DNA of 63,326 nucleotides, counting the filler, from Cercozoa sp. M6MM (Eukaryota > Protista > Endomyxa: Ascetosporea), in NCBI GenBank assembly GCA_040357565.1. It is 11 parts of 11 records of this genome, joined end to end, with 100 filler letters (N's around TTAATTAATTAA, not from the genome) between each part and the next. Parts side by side here need not be neighbours in the genome. Positions count along the whole stretch, not along the records: positions 21,077 to 26,313 come from JBDODJ010000940.1; positions 26,414 to 30,431 come from JBDODJ010001241.1; positions 30,532 to 35,672 come from JBDODJ010000967.1; positions 35,773 to 38,465 come from JBDODJ010001719.1; 7 more parts are not named here. One strand, 5' to 3'. The position numbers and the translations under genes are program-made. Shown piece by piece: positions 25,146 to 37,709 of this stretch (positions within the stretch are counted from its first letter, which is position 1; each line of letters starts with the position of its first letter). The notes under the pieces were generated by a model. The model saw nothing but the letters and a program-made list of their open reading frames with translations. It searched no databases and was not told the DNA's origin.

Positions 25146-26132
25146 ATGCAGCTGGTGGCAGGCAACCTGTCTGGTATGAACAATGCCGTGTCTCCGCTGC
25201 GAGCGGCGCTGCTGGTGACACCTGAGATCACGCCATCGCTGTACGTTTCTGTCTCGTTTCTTTGTCGTCTCTCTGTCGTTTCTTTGTCGTTTCTCTGTTG
25301 TTTCTCTTGTTGTTTCTCTGTGTGTTGTTGTTCTTGTTGTTGCTGTCTCGAGTGCTTGCAATGCAGATGTGGCATCGAGGGCGTGCGCGAGTTCTTGTTG
25401 CACGAGGATCCCAAGAAGCAGCAGATCGCGCTGCAGCGACTGCCGCAGCTGCTGAGGCGGCAGGCACTTCCGTATGCTCCACGTTAACCCCCCTCTTCAC
25501 TCTCGTGCAACACCCTACCTTATTCTTATTTTGTCTCCTATTTTCATGTGATTTTTCATGTGATTTTTCATGTGATTTTTCATGTTATTTTTCATGTGAT
25601 TTTTCATGTTGTTTTCCATGTTGTTTTTCATGTTGTCTGTGTTACCCCCCATGTTATCCCCCCCCCCCCGGCAGGTGGCAGGAGGCTCTGGTGCAGTCGG
25701 TGGTGCCGCTGCTGCCGGCACTGGCGCACTCGGAGTCGCCGGGCGTGCGCACTGCGACGGCGACAGCACTGGGCGCTCTGGCCCAACATATCGGTTGTCT
25801 GGAGCCTGCCAGTGAGTCGTCTGTGGGGGTACACACGTGTCCCACTGACCCACGTGCCAACCCATGTGACCACTGAGTGACCCATGTGACCACTGACATG
25901 TGACCACTTACATATGACCCATAGGAATCGCCCAGCAAACGACGACGACCGCTGCCGGTGGATTTTGGTAACTTTGCATTGAGCCAGGGGGGGGGGGTAA
26001 AACTGGTCAACAATGGTCACTGCAGGCAAGGACATGCCTCCGCGCGGACAGGACGCAACGTCGCCGCGCGCAGTTTTGTTGGCCACGGTGCTGCCGCTGC
26101 TGAAGCGTCTGCTGTGCGATCGCAACGCTGAT
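25146..26132 (+). CDS. HEAT-repeat protein, PP4R1/PP2A-A-like (5' part)
   Basis: QQIALQRLPQLL..VVPLLPALAHSESPGVRTATATALGALA..VLPLLKRLLCDRNADV HEAT repeats. Confidence 0.55.
25540..25635. repeat. Intronic 12-bp tandem repeat (tttttcatgtga)
   Basis: About eight imperfect copies are visible. Confidence 0.85.
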
Positions 26133-26413
26133 GTAGTTTTACCCCCCTCTTTATCCCCCTGTTTGCCCCCTGTTTACCCCCCTATTTACCCTTATTTACC
26201 CTTATTTACCCCCCTGTTTACCCCCCTATTTACGCCCTGGTTTACCCCCTATTTACGCCCTGGTTTACCCCCTATTTACGCCCTGATTTACGCCCTGATT
26301 TACCCCCCCCCCCNNNNNNNNNNNNNNNNNNNNNNNNNNNNNNNNNNNNNNNNNNNNTTAATTAATTAANNNNNNNNNNNNNNNNNNNNNNNNNNNNNNN
26401 NNNNNNNNNNNNN

Positions 26414-26455
<42 letters not shown>

Positions 26456-26479
26456 CTGGTTGTATGTACTACGGCACAG

Positions 26480-26658
26480 GAACTCCTCTATGGCGAGTCT
26501 GACCTCCATTCTCGAGCAAGGTGAGTCGACTGCAACTCGCCTTCGTTCACAGTGAGGGTGTACTGTACTCTGTTTGCAGGACGACAGCAGAACAACACCG
26601 TGACGCCTGCGATGGCAGCTGAGGTACTTTCATCTCACGTCACTCCGTGTGTGTGTGC

Positions 26659-26715
<57 letters not shown>

Positions 26716-27274
26716 TGCCTGTATGTATACGGTGTAGGCACACAGCACGGTGGAGACACTGCTCAACGAAGCTGAGGTACGGCTTGCTGCATCCCTGTAA
26801 AGGATGTCAATTGCATGGTCCTATGCGTTGTAGGTGATGATGTACACGGCCTCCTGGAGAGAGTTCCAGCAGTCTTCCTACGCCGGTGCGTTTTATGAGC
26901 TGTGCTCCATGTTACTAACGAGATCAACGACTGTTTTGTAGGAAACGCCACTCGTGTGATTGCGTGGACGCAGATCTTCTTTGGCCTGGACAACGACTTG
27001 CAGCGGGCCGCCATTGCGTATGTTGTTCACTACACCTCTTCCAATTCAGCTAAATTACGAGCTTGGCAGGCGACTCCTGTGGCGTGGTCGCGTCCAACTG
27101 TCGGCGATGCGCAGTCTCCTCGACGTTGCCGACGATACACTCACGGTATTGCTCCGTGCTCTGGGCTAGTACTAGACTGTACTGTCCTGATAAAACAAAA
27201 ATGTAGAACGCCTCGACGCTCTCAGAGCATCATCTGACTGCGTCCCCCACCGAGATCGAGCTGAACCGCCTCTA
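26480..27274 (+). CDS. 3' exons of a hypothetical protein
   Basis: Series of short GT-AG-bounded exons (e.g. VIAWTQIFFGLDNDLQRAAIA, RLLWRGRVQLSAMRSLLDV). No family recognised. Confidence 0.35.
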
Positions 27275-27571
27275 GTTTCGGTCTAATTTTGATTTGCCTG
27301 GTTTGATTGTCAATTAGCATAACATAGTGCTTGTATGTCGGAACGCTGGTTTCTATAAAGTTGTGCCCCTTTAAGAAATTCCGTCGAGAGAACTGTAGAT
27401 TCCCCTGCAACAGGAACCAGAATTTCTGCAGAAATTGGGTGTACCCGTGTGCGTCAAGGTTTAGGGGCCGGTGTTTGGAGCAGCAAGCGCCAGTGACGTA
27501 CATTTGTCTGCTTCCGATTCAAGACGCTGCCCGCACACTTTTTTTGTTTGCAGTCAGTATTTTCAGTCCGG

Positions 27572-30370
27572 ATGTCGACACTACCCGCGACAGTGCTGTC
27601 GCGCGGCAAGCACTCGTCGTCAAAGCCCAGTCGCAGCACGTCAAAGCGTCGCAGCAAAGCCAAACGGAGCGCGGCCAAGCAGGAGTCAAATAGCAATATT
27701 GCGAAGCAAGAGCGAGTATCGCCTCGGAACAGTCGAAACAGCGCGAAAGCAAAACGCGCGCTGTCGCCGGAAGAGCAGCTGCTGCATAAGCTTCGCAAGC
27801 ACGCGAACGAAGTGAGCAGCGGCGTGCTTCGGCCGGTGCTGGCACAGGAGGCCGTGCGACTGGCGTCCAAGCTGATCAACGAGCATATCGGCTTTGCCAT
27901 CAAACAGGTGACTTGGCGTGCTTTCGCGTGTCTGTGGTTTTCTATGGTTCCTATGGTTCTTGTGTGTGTGTGTGTGCTGGCAGAACGTGCCGACACGTGC
28001 GTGGAATGTGGTGCGTCACGTCGTCTCTGCCCAGCGACGCGAGGCCTCGCTCGCCCACGAAGCTCTGATGCGTGACCCGACAAACCTCGAGTTGCAGGAG
28101 CGCTGTCGTTCCGTTCTCGCTCGACTTAGCGCTCTTTTTTCGGTACCTCTGCGCACTGAGACACATGTTGTTGGAGGGTTACTATTGTGAGTGTATTATA
28201 TCTATATATATATATATATGTGTGTGTGTGTATGTATAGGAGTACACGCGAGACTTCCTGCAGTGGGTGCGCCTGCTGTCCACGCGGCTGAGCGAACTGC
28301 AGAAGCGAGAGAGCGATGCTGCGGCGGCCACTGTGACCCCGGTGCTTCTCGTGGAGCAGGTGCCGCACGCTGTCTCTGAACAACAGCTGCGTCTGTTCTT
28401 CGAGTCTGTTGTGGGCCCGCACATTCTGCGCATCGAACTTGATCGGGTACGACCAGTCCCCTCTCCATGCGAGTCAAGTCAAGCAACTCGACTAACTATA
28501 CCTGTGCAGGACGAAGCGATTGCGAAGCTGCATATGAGTGGGCCGGGGCACGCAGCGACACTATTGGGGAGACGTACGTACCACATGGGCGACAGCGATT
28601 TGTTGCTCCGAGATGATCCGACGGCTGCGCGCAAGCTGGCCAAGTTGCGCACCGAAGTCCTGCGCACGCAGCGCAGTCTCGCCTTCGTCTTTGTGTCCTG
28701 CGGCGACGTGCAGCGCTACGTGCAGCGACTCAAACTGCAGGAACGCGACGTTGCCCTGCAGGGCCTGCTCGAGGCCAAGCGAAGCGCCCTCGCGTCTCGC
28801 GATGCCGCGCTGAAGTTCGCCGAGGAGGAAACGCAGCGTTTCGAAGAGAGCGCTCGCAACTCGGAACAGCACGCCGCGCGTTGCTACGAACGTGCGCAAC
28901 AGCATGCACCGAATCTGGGCAAGGTCTACAACCAGGTGTGTCTGTTTACTGACTGCGTCTTTGATTGTTTTTGATTGCTTTCATTGTTATTTTGGACTCA
29001 GGTTGCAACGATGCGATTGCAAAGCAACGACCTTTTCAGCGCCATGTTTGAGGTACTCGCTTCTGTCTCCGAGGTTTCCTGTTGCTCTATGTAGTCGTTG
29101 TATTTTAGTGCATGCGTGCTCTGTGTGCCGTTGATGCCTATCCTGCCGAGACTAACCTTTCGTACGCATCGTCATTCACTCCTGTTGTACCCTCGACTTG
29201 TGCATCTGTCTCACAGGTTCGTGTTTGATCGGGCAACGAAGCTGAATGACGCAAAGCCGAGTGCCAACGCGAGCGAGTTTGATTTATTCGCTTCGCAGTT
29301 CGTCGATATTCTTGGTACTTTTTGTTTCGAGTCTATTTTTCTTTCCCATGTTAACACCCTCTGACCGTGACCAGGTCGACTGATTACCAAGGTGCGAGTC
29401 GATCAGTTGCGCGAGCCTCGTGTGAATGCCCTCAAGTACTCTTGCTGTGTGGATGTGCACTTGTGTGGTTTGTGAGGTATGCATGTGCAACATACACAGA
29501 CACTGGAACAACCTGTGCGCAAGCGAGCGTCTCACTCCGGTAGGCTCTTGTCCTTGCTGTTGTGTTGTTACCAAATGTGTGTGGTTTGTATGTCTAACAG
29601 GTGCTGCCGGTGCGAGTACTGTTCGCCCTGTTTGTCACATGCGACCGCGTGTTTGGTATCTCCCGTGTGTATGCTTGTGCCCTCGCCTCCCCCGAGATAC
29701 CGAGTCATGCAGCCGACGAACAGCCGAGAGGCGAAGATCCGCCGCCGCGTGTGGCCGAGTCGCTGCGCTTGCTCACCGAGTGTGCCGGTACCTGTTCCTA
29801 TCTATCTACCTTGTGCCCCACTCACAGATAGCGATGCTGTTGCGTAGCCTCGCTGCTGCGCGGCGCCATTGAACAAAAGCGCTTCGCGATGCCTGCGCTG
29901 GCGTTCTTCTGTCGCGTGCTTAACTCGCGCATCGTGAAGGAAAACGGCGACTCTTTGACGAAGACTGAGGGAACCAGGGAGAGACCTATTGAGAAGGAGA
30001 GTCCCAGACGGTACCTGACCGGCGGCGTGATGGTCTCGGCGACGTCCAAGTCCTTCGTCACTCTGCTGGCTCGCTTCGCCAACCTCTTCTGTCTCGTCGA
30101 TCGCGGTGCTGCTGCGGATGGTGATATCACCGACGGTGTGACTGCCGAGGATGTCGCGCTGCTGCAACAGCAGCTGGTCGGCATGCGTCTGCTCGGACAG
30201 CACGATGCAGCCTCCTTGACCTCCGCTTCATGGTGGAATCGAGGTGAGCCTGTGTTTTCTTCTACTGATCGTTGCACCTAGGTTAGTACTGTATGTGCTA
30301 TCACAGGCATGCGAGACTGCATCCAACGCATAGTCCAAGTGAGGGACGGACGTTTCGTGCCGCAACTGAG
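27572..30370 (+). CDS. Est1/SMG6/SMG7-like TPR (14-3-3-like) protein with an inserted RRM-like segment (3' partial)
   Basis: SLAFVFVSCGDVQRY..AARCYERAQQHAPNLGKVYNQVATMRLQSNDLFSAMFECMRALCAVDAYPAETNL matches the Est1-family pattern LGDxxRY..Y..A...P..G..YNQLA..Y.RSL. Confidence 0.75.
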
Positions 30371-30383
30371 GTGTCTGGTTGTG

Positions 30384-30431
<48 letters not shown>

Positions 30432-30539
30432 NNNNNNNNNNNNNNNNNNNNNNNNNNNNNNNNNNNNNNNNNNNNTTAATTAATTAANNNNNNNNNNNNN
30501 NNNNNNNNNNNNNNNNNNNNNNNNNNNNNNNGGGGGCTT

Positions 30540-31465
30540 GCACCCTCAGGCATAGCGATGCGCAGCAGCGTCGACTGTCGCCGGAAATGATCGATCGCTC
30601 GCATCAACAGAGCCACGGCATAACGACGGTGCAGTCGCTTCTCCGCGCGGAAGTGCTGCACAGGCAACACGCTCGTTGACACACTTGTTGACACGCGGGT
30701 CTGCTTGAGCAGAGAACACGCACCCGCGTGAGGTGCTCGCAGAAAGCCACGTCGACGGCAAAGTCGTCCTTCTCGTCGCGCAAACGCGGACCGTCGTAGC
30801 TGTCCTGCACTCACAGACAACCTTGTTTGAACTCCCTTGTTTGAACAACCTTGTTCGAACAACATTGTTTGAACAATTTTGTTGTGTGTCAGCAGTACCT
30901 CAACAATAATAGTGCGCCAGTCGATCTGCACGTTCTCGTCGCGCGACAGGGCGGCTACAACCACAGTGCGGTCAAAGCATGCGATCAAAGCGTGTGATCA
31001 AAGCGTGTGATCAAAGCGTGTGATCAAAGCGTGTGATGAAACCGTGCAATCAAACAGGGCAATGGAATGTACCGAGCACTCGCTGCTGTCGCAGAAGTTT
31101 CTCGCACGCCTTGAGCTGCGCGGCGGCCGACTGGTCGCGCGGGTACAGCGCCACCACCTTGCGGAAATCCTTGCGTGCCGCGGCAAACTTGCCCCTGTCC
31201 CACGCGTCACACATGAGTGAGCAGCCCTGTGAGTGACCACATTGCTAAGAGAAACGCACATGTTGAGACTGGCACAAGCACGACGGTAGTAGCCCTTGGG
31301 ATTGCCTAGTTTCAAACACTCTGACGCGTCCTGCTCCGCTGCACCGTCTGGGGGGGAGGGGGTAAAGGGGTCTACGTTTAATTAAACAAGCGGTACAAGC
31401 TTCGGTCTTGAGAAACATGAGGGCACGGTTCGAGTGCACAGCCGCACGCACTGACTTAGCCTCTG
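30540..31465 (-). CDS. PPP5C: Ser/Thr protein phosphatase 5 (TPR domain and start of the catalytic domain), internal fragment
   Basis: HSNRALMFLKTE..DASECLKLGNPKGYYRRACA..GKFAAARKDFRKVVALYPRD..LKACEKLLRQ..DSYDGPRL..HFRAEKRLHRRYAVALL. Confidence 0.9.
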
Positions 31466-31507
31466 AACACACTGGTGTATCAGGCAGAACACACACGCGC
31501 ACACACG

Positions 31508-31546
<39 letters not shown>

Positions 31547-31650
31547 NNNNNNNNNNNNNNNNNNNNNNNNNNNNNNNNNNNNNNNNNNNNNNNNNNNNNN
31601 NNNNNNNNNNNNNNNNNNNNNNNNNNNNNNNNNNNNNNNNNNNNNNAAAT

Positions 31651-31712
<62 letters not shown>

Positions 31713-31766
31713 GCACACACGCACACACGCACACACGCACACGCACACGCACACGCACACTGATAG

Positions 31767-33321
31767 ACCGTGTTCGACGAGTGCCGTAACCTAGTGGAGC
31801 TCGTTCTGACAGGTGGCAGAAACCTCTTCATCTTCGCCTACGGGCAGACCGGGTCGGGCAAGGTATGTTTGTTTGAAAACCATGGAGGTACGACATAAGT
31901 CGCGAATGGCTTTCGTTTAGACCCACACGATTTGGGGTGACCCGTGCCTCCTGGGAGAGTCCTCGGGCAACGGCACAGCTGATGTATTCTGGTTCAAATT
32001 GAGTCGAATGCACTACCTTAACATTGCCTGCATTTGCAGCAGGTTAATGCTCCTTGTGCGGCTGACCGATTGATCGACGCCCTGCTCGCTCCTGAGGTAT
32101 CGCGTCGAATTTTGATTCTACTGCAACACACACATGTGCTATCGTTTGCTCTCTACGAAGTGGTCTATGCAACGTCTGGATGACGATCTGTCGCAAACAC
32201 GAGAGAACCTACGTTCTGCGTACGTCAGTGTTCAGGCTACTCTTCATTGGATATTATCAATATTCCAAGTTACCATATAGGTACGAACGCAAGGTTGGTA
32301 CAGCAGCTGGAATCGAACCGCGAGCCGTGGCTCTTTTGTTTGAGGCAGGTACGTTGTTCTCTTTTGTCGCCATACCTTGGGTATGCAACAACACCAATCT
32401 TACCTCAGCTCGACGACTTCAAGCAAAGCAGCGACGCAATCACCTCGCTGACAGCAACAGAAATCCGGTTCACAACACAGATCGTCCAAACAACGCCAAC
32501 AGCATCGATGACAAAGATGACGACTTCGATGGTGAGCTGAGTCATCTTCACCGCGTTTAGTTGCGTTGTGGAACATACCTCAGTCTGTTAATTTAGAAAC
32601 CGGCTCCTTCATCGATGATGTTGAAGACAGTATTGGTCATCTCCAAACTGGGACACCAGCGGGTAACGACAAGCGCGTGGGTGACAAGGACGATGACAAG
32701 GAAGTCAGCATCGTCTTTAGTGGCACAATGCTCGAGGTGTACCAAGGCAAGGTGTACGACCTGTTTGGTACGGTGTACACTTGGCAACCGACATCTTATT
32801 TTGGTTGTTCATGTGGTGCCCTTTGTCGACTTAGCGCGTATGCGACAACAGCCGGACGACAAGGTCAAGTTGTCATTTGCGCCGCCCGGCTCACTCACCA
32901 CACGTACGAAAAATACCTATGTGCACCACTGCAAGTAATGCTAAATTTATATCCATACTGCAGGCCAGCGAGTGGTAGGCAGCACCTGTCTTCGCTTCCG
33001 AAGCGCTGCTGAGGTGGGTGCAGACCTTTGTCCCCATGTCGGTGTTGTGACTATGTGAATGTGTGCCATAGTGCTTGCGTGCTGTGCGCGAGGCAGAACA
33101 TTGTCGCTCTCGTGGAGAAACGCGAATGAACGAACATTCTTCCCGCAGTCACCGTGGTACCTTTGTGCGGTAGATGCATGATTCACGCGTTCATGTCCAC
33201 ACGGCAATTTTTAGTGTTCGCGCTGCACATCACGCGCAAGTGCCGTCGCACCGGCCAAACAATCGGCATGTCACAACTGGTGCCTTTGTGTTTATTTCCT
33301 GGTGTACAAATGGTACATCAG

Positions 33322-33402
<81 letters not shown>

Positions 33403-33982
33403 GGTCACGACCGACCTGGCGGGCAGTGAGCGCGCAAAAAAGGCACTGCCGACTCAGGTAGATAGGGTCCAGCGTATGTTTATAAACTGATGTGAGAGAT
33501 ATGTGAGGTTGCTATGACAGGCGGCGCTGCAAGAGGCGCGCGCCATCAACAAAGGACTCTCGGCGCTCGGTCTCGTTGTGAAACGTACTACAGTAATCAC
33601 CACGAGTACAGTATAACTTACTGTTTCATATGTATAAATGATGTAGAACTGGGCGATCAATCAAAGCATGTGGCGTTTCGCAACTCCACGCTCACTTGTA
33701 AAGTTGTAAAGTCCTACAAACGTTGCATTCCTTCATCCCCCCAGCGATGTGCAGCGGTGCTCCAAGACATGTTTGATGCGCGTGCGCGAACTCTGATGTT
33801 CGTGACGCTCTCACCTTCGGACTATAACTGCGCGGAGAACAAGAGCACTCTCGATTTCGCAATCGCGTATATAGCTTTCCGGCTTTATTTACGTGTCTCG
33901 ACACTGGTGAATGTCACTGGTGCGCAGAGCACGTCGTGTACCGGCAGACCGCAACGCTGGTCTCGCTAGTGCCACGGTGTGA
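31767..33982 (+). CDS. Kinesin with a C-terminal motor domain (kinesin-14-like), 5' partial
   Basis: IFAYGQTGSGKTHT, MLEVYQGKVYDL, MNEHSSRSH, DLAGSER, EARAINKGLSALG, HVAFRNSTLT, TLMFVTLSP..STLDFA, with the stop shortly after the motor. Confidence 0.85.
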
Positions 33983-34964
33983 AGTGTCCTATCTGTGTTA
34001 TTCGATATAGTTATAGACGTAGATTTACTAGTTTCTTTGTGTAACCCTACGGTAGGTACGACGAATTGACACACTCGAGCGCCGCGTGGGGCAACTCCAA
34101 AAACTCTTGCAGAAACACAAAGTGCGTTCACTTTTGCTGCGCTACAACAATATCATGTATTGTACTTTGACGTGGAGCTACCTGTAGGTGGCAGTTCCAC
34201 CCCCTCCATTAGCAAACCAAGGCGCTCGAAAGAAAGGCACGAAGGAGCGACCGAAACAAGGGCGCAAGAAGAAAAGAGTTGCAGTCGCAGCGGCTCCAAA
34301 CACCACGCAGCCACACTTTATGACGTCGCCTATGCGACCAGCGCGCTCAACTCTCTCTTCCGTCGCGAGCACATTCTAGCTTCGGCACGGCTGTCGACGT
34401 GAACTCGTTCGATTACAGTACTGGGCTAGTTCCGTTCGGTGTTTCGCGACAGCAGCACTATAGTACCGTACGCGTACGAACGGAACTCAGAACTACCGAT
34501 CAGTTAGCTGTTACTGTAAACATCAATCAATCTACTTGGCTCCTACTTGCTCCGCGTGGAAGCCGAGAACCAGGGACAGGGAGCATGTTTTTTGTTTTTG
34601 TTTTTTCCCCGCTGCTCCCTGCAAAGCAAAAGGTCGTTTTCTCAACCCAAATCTGTTCCCCATATATGATCAACCCGCACACTACACTTTTCACGCAGCT
34701 AGCGTACTAAACCTGCGTACGATACTTCGGTTCTCTCTGAGAGTTTTTGGTGACCTAATCGGGCCCACTAAGATACTCAGACGCGCACACACTACAAGGA
34801 AGCGCTAGAGCAGCCGAGTAGTGTGATAAGCAGCACGCACCCCTCTAGTGGCATACCTGAGAAACATGGCACGCGCTGGGCTCCAAAGGGCTCGCGTGCC
34901 ATGGGGAGACTTTTTGTCTGTGTTTGTTCAAGTGTCTTTCGGCTTCCCGATCAGTCGTCAGATC

Positions 34965-35075
34965 ATTGGCCTCACAGCCACCCGGCCTCACCGCCACCAC
35001 TGGTTTCACCACCAACTCTGGCCTCACCGCCACTAATGGTTTCATCACCAATGCTAGCCTCACCGCTGCACCTGG
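34965..35075. repeat. Tandem repeat of about 36 bp (ggcctcaccgccaccactggtttcaccaccaactct)
   Basis: Two to three imperfect copies adjacent to the integrase remnant. Confidence 0.65.
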
Positions 35076-35234
35076 CTTACTTTAATCGCCACCTTCGGCC
35101 CCACGGCCCAACACGACCCCCGGGTCCATACTGGCGCATGCAAAAACGCCACCAATGGTTTCGTGCGTGAACTCTCTCTGATGCGCCCAACTAGGAGCTT
35201 CTGTGACCAAGCGGCGCGGAGTTTCCGCCAACGA

Positions 35235-35430
35235 ACCACCGCGCTACCGACCTCTAAAGACGGCTTCAAGTGGATCTTTGTGTGTGTCGACAAATTCAGC
35301 CGCTGGGCCGAAGCAACTCCTATGAAATCCACTACTGCAGAAGAGATGGCAAAAATAACGGTGCCCATTCTACTTCGTTTTGGCATTCCTGACGCAGTTT
35401 TGTCTGATTGAGACCACCGAGTTCACAGAA
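35235..35430 (+). mobile_element. Decayed Ty3/Gypsy-type LTR retrotransposon integrase fragment
   Basis: LPTSKDGFKWIFVCVDKFSRWAEATPMKSTTAEEMAKITVPILLRFGIPDAVLSD* matches the rve core, with a premature stop at the SD-x-G position. Confidence 0.85.
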
Positions 35431-36269
35431 ACAATGACACAACCTAAGCAACACCGGTAAAAACCAACGAATCGTTCAACCAACCAGACGAGAACCCTTT
35501 GGACTAAACCGCCAACTAGGCACAACCTTCAAAACCACTACCAAAAATACACCCCAAGTGATGGTTAGAATAGGAGAAAAACGAAACAGAGCACAAGGCA
35601 CGCAGAGAATAACAGAGAAGAGAGGGACCACCCAAACGACGAGATGGTGATACTAGGTATGAGAGAGATTGGNNNNNNNNNNNNNNNNNNNNNNNNNNNN
35701 NNNNNNNNNNNNNNNNTTAATTAATTAANNNNNNNNNNNNNNNNNNNNNNNNNNNNNNNNNNNNNNNNNNNNTGTGAGTTGTAGAGCGATTTCTGGCGCG
35801 CCAAGTGCCCCCAGCACTGCACAATTGTGTTACGCGCGGCAGGGCACGTGTACTCTGTTGGGCATTCCGCGCGAGCACCAACTTTTTCTCTGTTCCGGTC
35901 GTCATTCCGCAACGTCTGAAATGAGCGGCGGAACTGCAAAAGGAAACGAACCGCGCCGCAAGACACCATCGAAGACCTATTTTAGTGACTTATAGTACTG
36001 TAGTACTCCTACAACAGCATAGTTGTTTTATCCGCTTTGTCTAGTTCTTACAAACGCACTGTCCGCGGCGCCACTGGTCCTCCGTGAAGAAGTGCTTCAG
36101 CCAGCCTCCTTCTCGTCCAACGCCTCGTCGGACTCAAAGTAGTCGGCCAGCTCGCTGCCCCAGAGCTTCTCCTTGTCCTCCTGGGGAGTGGGGGTAGGGT
36201 AGGGTAGAGGAGTCAACCGGACGTATCCAACGAAACTACAGTGCGGAGCAACAGCTTCCTTGAGGCGAG

Positions 36270-37496
36270 CTAGTCCGAGTCACTGTCGCACAGCATCCGA
36301 TGCTCCTGCTGCTGCTTTGATGAAGCTTCCGCAGTCTCACTCGAAGTCTGCGACGACTTGGCACTGCCGAGTTTGCGCACCAGTCGGTGCAGCGTCTGCA
36401 TGGCGGCATCGTCGCCTTGCTCGGCCGCTGTTAGTGTCTGCTTGAGCAGCACGGTGTGCCTCGGCGTGGCGGCCGACACCCAGACGCGTCCGTTGACACC
36501 CACGGTCAGCTCGAACGCCGTGATGGACGCCAGTGTCTCCAGCAACTCACAACTGGGGGGGGGGGGGTTAAGTAGGATAAGGGGATAGGGGGTAAAAAGC
36601 AAAGCTACTCGGGGAGTCGCAAGCGGCGGCACAGCGACGGCGACACGTCGAACACGACGCCACCGTCGAGTGTGCTGTACAAAGCTTCGCCTGTGACCCA
36701 CTCTTTTTTGAAGTGTTGCGACTTGCACGACAGACGCGGCTGCACATGTCGTTGCGACAGCACCACGCGACAGTACACCGTGTCGCCCACCTGCGCCGTA
36801 GCAAAAGCTATTATCGACTCAACTCAACCCAAAGCAAAGCTTTTCAACTCAAAGCAAAGCTTTTCAACTCAAAGCAAAGCTTTTCAACTCAAAGCAAAGC
36901 TTTTCAACTCAAAGCAAAGCTATTCAACTCAACTCAACCCAAAGCAAATCTATTCGACTCAACTCAACCCAAAGCAAAGTATAGCTTTTCAAGCAAAGCT
37001 ATTAGACTCAACTCAAAGATACACATTCGCACTCAAAGCTTTCCAACCAACCCAACCCAAAAGCAAAGCAGAAGCGAAAGCTACGTTCAAATTAGGCCGA
37101 TTGCGCTTGGTGGCGCCCTCGAATTCGAGAACTCCAAGCAGCGCGAGTTTCGAGGCACCAATGTCGACCGAGTAGTTCTGACCGGCCTTGCCGCGAACGA
37201 TACCGATCACTTGGTCCTCCTGCTGCGGCTGGTACCTCCTGTGAACGGCCTCGACGCGTACGCGCGGAACAGATCCCTTGGTTCGCGTCACGTGCATGAC
37301 ACCTGACCCCAGTTCACTCAACGGTAAATCCAAGCCTGATCTCACACTACATTGGCCTACCTCCACAGAAGGCGCGTACATGACGCGGTCCATCCTGGAC
37401 CAGATTGCCTCCTATCCGAATTTTCTCATCCGCGCGGCCACGCAGCTCATCGATGTCGAAACTGTCCCCTGGCAGCACCACTGTGGTTTCTGTCAT
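36270..37496 (-). CDS. RRP40: Exosome cap subunit RRP40/EXOSC3
   Basis: MTETTVVLPGD..RRYQPQQEDQVIGIV..YSVDIG..LEFEGATKRNRPNLNVGDTVYCRV..FELTVGVNGRVWVSA. Confidence 0.95.
36800..37082. repeat. RRP40 intron built from a 20-bp unit (aaagcaaagcttttcaactc) and derivatives
   Basis: About four near-perfect copies plus degenerate copies. Confidence 0.85.
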
Positions 37497-37709
37497 TGTG
37501 CACTCAGTGGCGCAGCCCGATGACGCCGCTGGACAAGGAAAGGCACTTACTGGAGCGCCGGTGCGTTTTTTATTGTTTTAGTGATGCTCCAAACAGCGTC
37601 AAATTCAACCCAGAGTGTGCAGATCAGTGCAGATCGCTATGTGGCACGTCTATAGGCGTGCCAGGTCATCCCTGATGTCTGGTCGTTTCCATGTGGTACA
37701 AATATCCGA

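Noticed and set aside
36830-36925. Regular 20-bp repeats resembling a CRISPR array
   Set aside because: Head-to-tail with no unique spacers, inside a eukaryotic intron, and no cas genes.
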